From Callorhinchus milii (taxonomy: Eukaryota): a stretch of 64,000 nt of DNA. Both the position numbers and the translations under genes were made by a program. This document shows, in pieces, positions 61,271 through 64,000 of the stretch (position 1 is its first letter; the number at the start of each line of letters is the position of its first letter). The notes under the pieces are model-generated. The model worked only from the letters and a program-made list of their open reading frames with translations, was not told the DNA's origin and did not search any database. Location of the stretch: positions 38,070,001 to 38,134,000 of the forward strand of contig NW_024704742.1 in assembly GCF_018977255.1 (NCBI RefSeq). The letters run 5' to 3'.

Positions 61271-62934
61271 CATTCCACTTTACAATATATTCAGTGAAGT
61301 GCTTTGAGACGTCTCAACGACGTGATAAAGCACTATATCAAAACACCATGGACCTCCACTCAGCTTCTGAACATTGCGCTCCGAGATGTCATCCAACGTG
61401 TAGGCAGTATATAAATGCAAGTTGTTGTTGTATTGCTTTGATAAGTAATTAAATGATTATAATGATTATAATTTGCTGTTGCTGAGAGTGTGTCTAAAGA
61501 GTACTGTACTTAAATGTGAGGGATCAAAATCATGAGATTCATAAACACATTCAGTTACTTATTTAAGGAAGGAGATTAAAATGTGTTTTCAAATTTTAGC
61601 CATAAATTGCTCCCAACCTGAATAATGATGACAAACAAAACCTGAAAAGCCACATCACCTTTGAAAACCTCAGCCAAGTCTATGTGATTCCAAAAATGCC
61701 TGACCAAGCAGTTTCTTTCAGCTTTAAGCTCCAACAAAATTCAGAAGTGGAGGAAGAGTATTTAAAAGAATGTTTTTAAACGTGTCCCTTAAATGAGGAA
61801 TACTGCAACTTTGACCCCTAATCTTACCCTTGAATACAACATGGTTTGTGGTGGAAAGAGTTGCAAAGAATTACCTCTTGCTCATTATTTCATTTGAACA
61901 ACAGTGGTTCAGACTGAGGTGTACACATGCCTTTGTTCAATTTTACTCAGGGAATGTGTCCAGGCAAGTCACCTTTGTTGATCTAGAAAGTTTTGCTTAC
62001 ATTTAGTCAGCCCAGCTTCATCTCCCCGCCTCCTTCGCCAAGTTTTTAAGCTGCTCTCTGCAACTCTCTCTGAATCCCTCCATCTTTCTAAAAAACTACT
62101 ATTTTGCCTGCACCTTTACGACCTCCCTCCTCACTCCTTATCTTCCACTCTGCTTGGGACCCCAGTTTGTTTCTACAAAACACTTTTGAGATGTGAGGTC
62201 CAAGATTTGATTAAAAATCCATCAAGCAAACAAATTGATGTGGAAGAGACTGTGTTTTTAGCCGTTCAATTGTGCACTGATTCATTTCTGTGGATGGATT
62301 CGCGATAGATAATAGATAGATATTGGAGTGCATTCCGTTCCAACAATTTATCTCAGGAATTTCCATGTGTTGATGGGATGCATGGAATTCTCAGCCTGGT
62401 TTGCATACTCCTAAGAATGGTGATGGGTTTCTGCGTGTGTCAGACACCCAGCTGACCCACCCAAAAATAAACAATAAAGTATTTTCATTCAAGGTGAAAA
62501 TTATTTGTAGCAACAGAAAGTCAACAGAGCAGTGAACTGCCCAAGCTGAGTAATATGATATTGCAGCTTAACATTCAGCTGAATGATATCTGCATGGGAA
62601 CTTTCCAAGTCAAACTCCTTTTTAAAGTGTTTTAAGCCCAATTGAAAAGTTTGTTAAGAAATGACTAGCACCTTGTGTCACTAACTAATTCATTCACCTC
62701 CAGGAATTATCTTTGAATACCTGTGCCTAACGCTTCCCAGAATTCGGTAAATTCTTTGAATTACAATTATACAGAGAATAGCTTCTGTCTATGTGAGACA
62801 TGCCCACACCCCAGAAGGTTCCCGTATATAGGACTAATTACCCATGATAGCAATCTCACTCTGAGAGCTCATAAAAGCAGCATATTTAGCACAGAAATCT
62901 TACACTGTTCAATAAGATAAATATTTACAGCAAC

Positions 62935-63435
62935 ATTGACCCAAGGGTGGGGTCGGGATTAGGAGGGGTGGAGGGCAGGGAGGGTAGGGGTAGGAGGGTG
63001 ACCAAAGGCACGGTCGAAGAGGAGGGTCATGTGAGATACCTTGAAGGGAGAGAGCAAGGCAAAGGCAATGGGGATAGAGTTCCAAAGGATGGGGGCAGGG
63101 AGGCTGAAGGTCTGACCGCTGATGGTAGGGTGGGCCGGGCAAGGGCCGTGGAGCAGGCCAGAGGCTGCTAAGCAGAGTGAGTGGACGGGTTGATGTGGGG
63201 TTAGCAGGTTAGAAGTAGGAAGGAACAAGGCCGTGGAGGGCCTTGAAGGTGAGGACGAGGATTTTGAATTCTATCCTGAGGGATGGGGAGCCAGTGGATC
63301 CAGGCGAGGGTGGGGGTGATAGGGTCATGGAGCCTGGTGCGGGAGAGGACATGAGCTGCGGAGTTCTGGATGAGCTGCAGCTTGTGGAGTGAAGAGTTGG
63401 AAAGGCTGACGAGTAGGGAGTTGCCGTGAGTCGGG
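62935..63435 (-). mobile_element. L2 3' fragment
   Basis: LQLIQNSAAHVLSRTRLHDPITP and ILWNSIP on the minus strand. Confidence 0.88.
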
Positions 63436-64000
63436 ATGATAGGGTCACTCATAAATGAAAATACAAAAAATAGTAATCAGAATTTACCTGAATTTTAGTT
63501 TTGCAAGAAATGGATCTGCATTGTTAATATACAATTGGGATTGTAGGAAAATTCATATTTATTTATCCAGCCTGAACTGTGGACCTGCATTAAAACTGTT
63601 GTATGTTTACACTGTTAAGACTGCTTGTCATCACCTTTCTCTTTACCCTTTCATCCTTTCATGATTCCTGTGCTCTTTGCCAAGAATATTCTTTCTATTG
63701 CTAATCCCAATAACCAATGTATAATCATAGATATTACAGCATAGGCCAGTTCGTCCATCAAGTCTAAGTTGATGCCCAGTAATAACAACGTAATAAAAAT
63801 ATAATGTAGCACATTATCACGTCTTTGAAACATCTCAAAGCACTTCACAGGATTTTACTGTAAAGTGCATTGACTGTGTATTTGTAAGTTAGGAACCCAG
63901 CTTCAATTTATGGTTCCTATTTGACATCTCTCATCTCTTCTATAATCTGAGTGAATCTCTTCCACACCCTTTGCATGGCTGCAATGTCTTTCTATAATGG

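Noticed and set aside
44500..64000. Downstream neighbour gene (SOWAHB follows SHROOM3 in human)
   Set aside because: No long ORF or ankyrin-like peptide is seen; the region is repeats and short non-coding blocks, so the gene may lie beyond the window.
1..64000. CRISPR array or prokaryotic-type system
   Set aside because: The sequence is eukaryotic; recurring motifs are dispersed SINE/LINE tails, not regularly spaced repeats.

Overview
Vertebrate genomic DNA, most likely from a cartilaginous fish (inferred from the repeat landscape: CR1 and L2 LINEs, a tRNA-Ala-headed SINE, Deu-type and LF-SINE-like SINEs, and a Penelope-like terminus). The main feature is the 3' part of shroom3 on the + strand. 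Nine coding exons (7559-42780) have GT-AG boundaries and consistent phases, and encode about 1945 aa including the ASD1 actin-binding and ASD2 ROCK-binding domains. The PDZ-coding exons must lie upstream of the window. A 3' UTR of about 1.7 kb follows, then about 19 kb of repeat-rich intergenic DNA with no recognisable gene. Repeat boundaries are approximate, and comparisons to human Shroom proteins and repeat consensuses are from memory, not from a search. I cannot support a wholly new biological system. The most unusual features are a 1.7-kb inverted duplication in an intron, an 83-nt near-perfect hairpin, a Penelope-like fold-back with a hammerhead-core remnant, an unclassified dispersed repeat family, and Shroom2-like motifs retained in this Shroom3.
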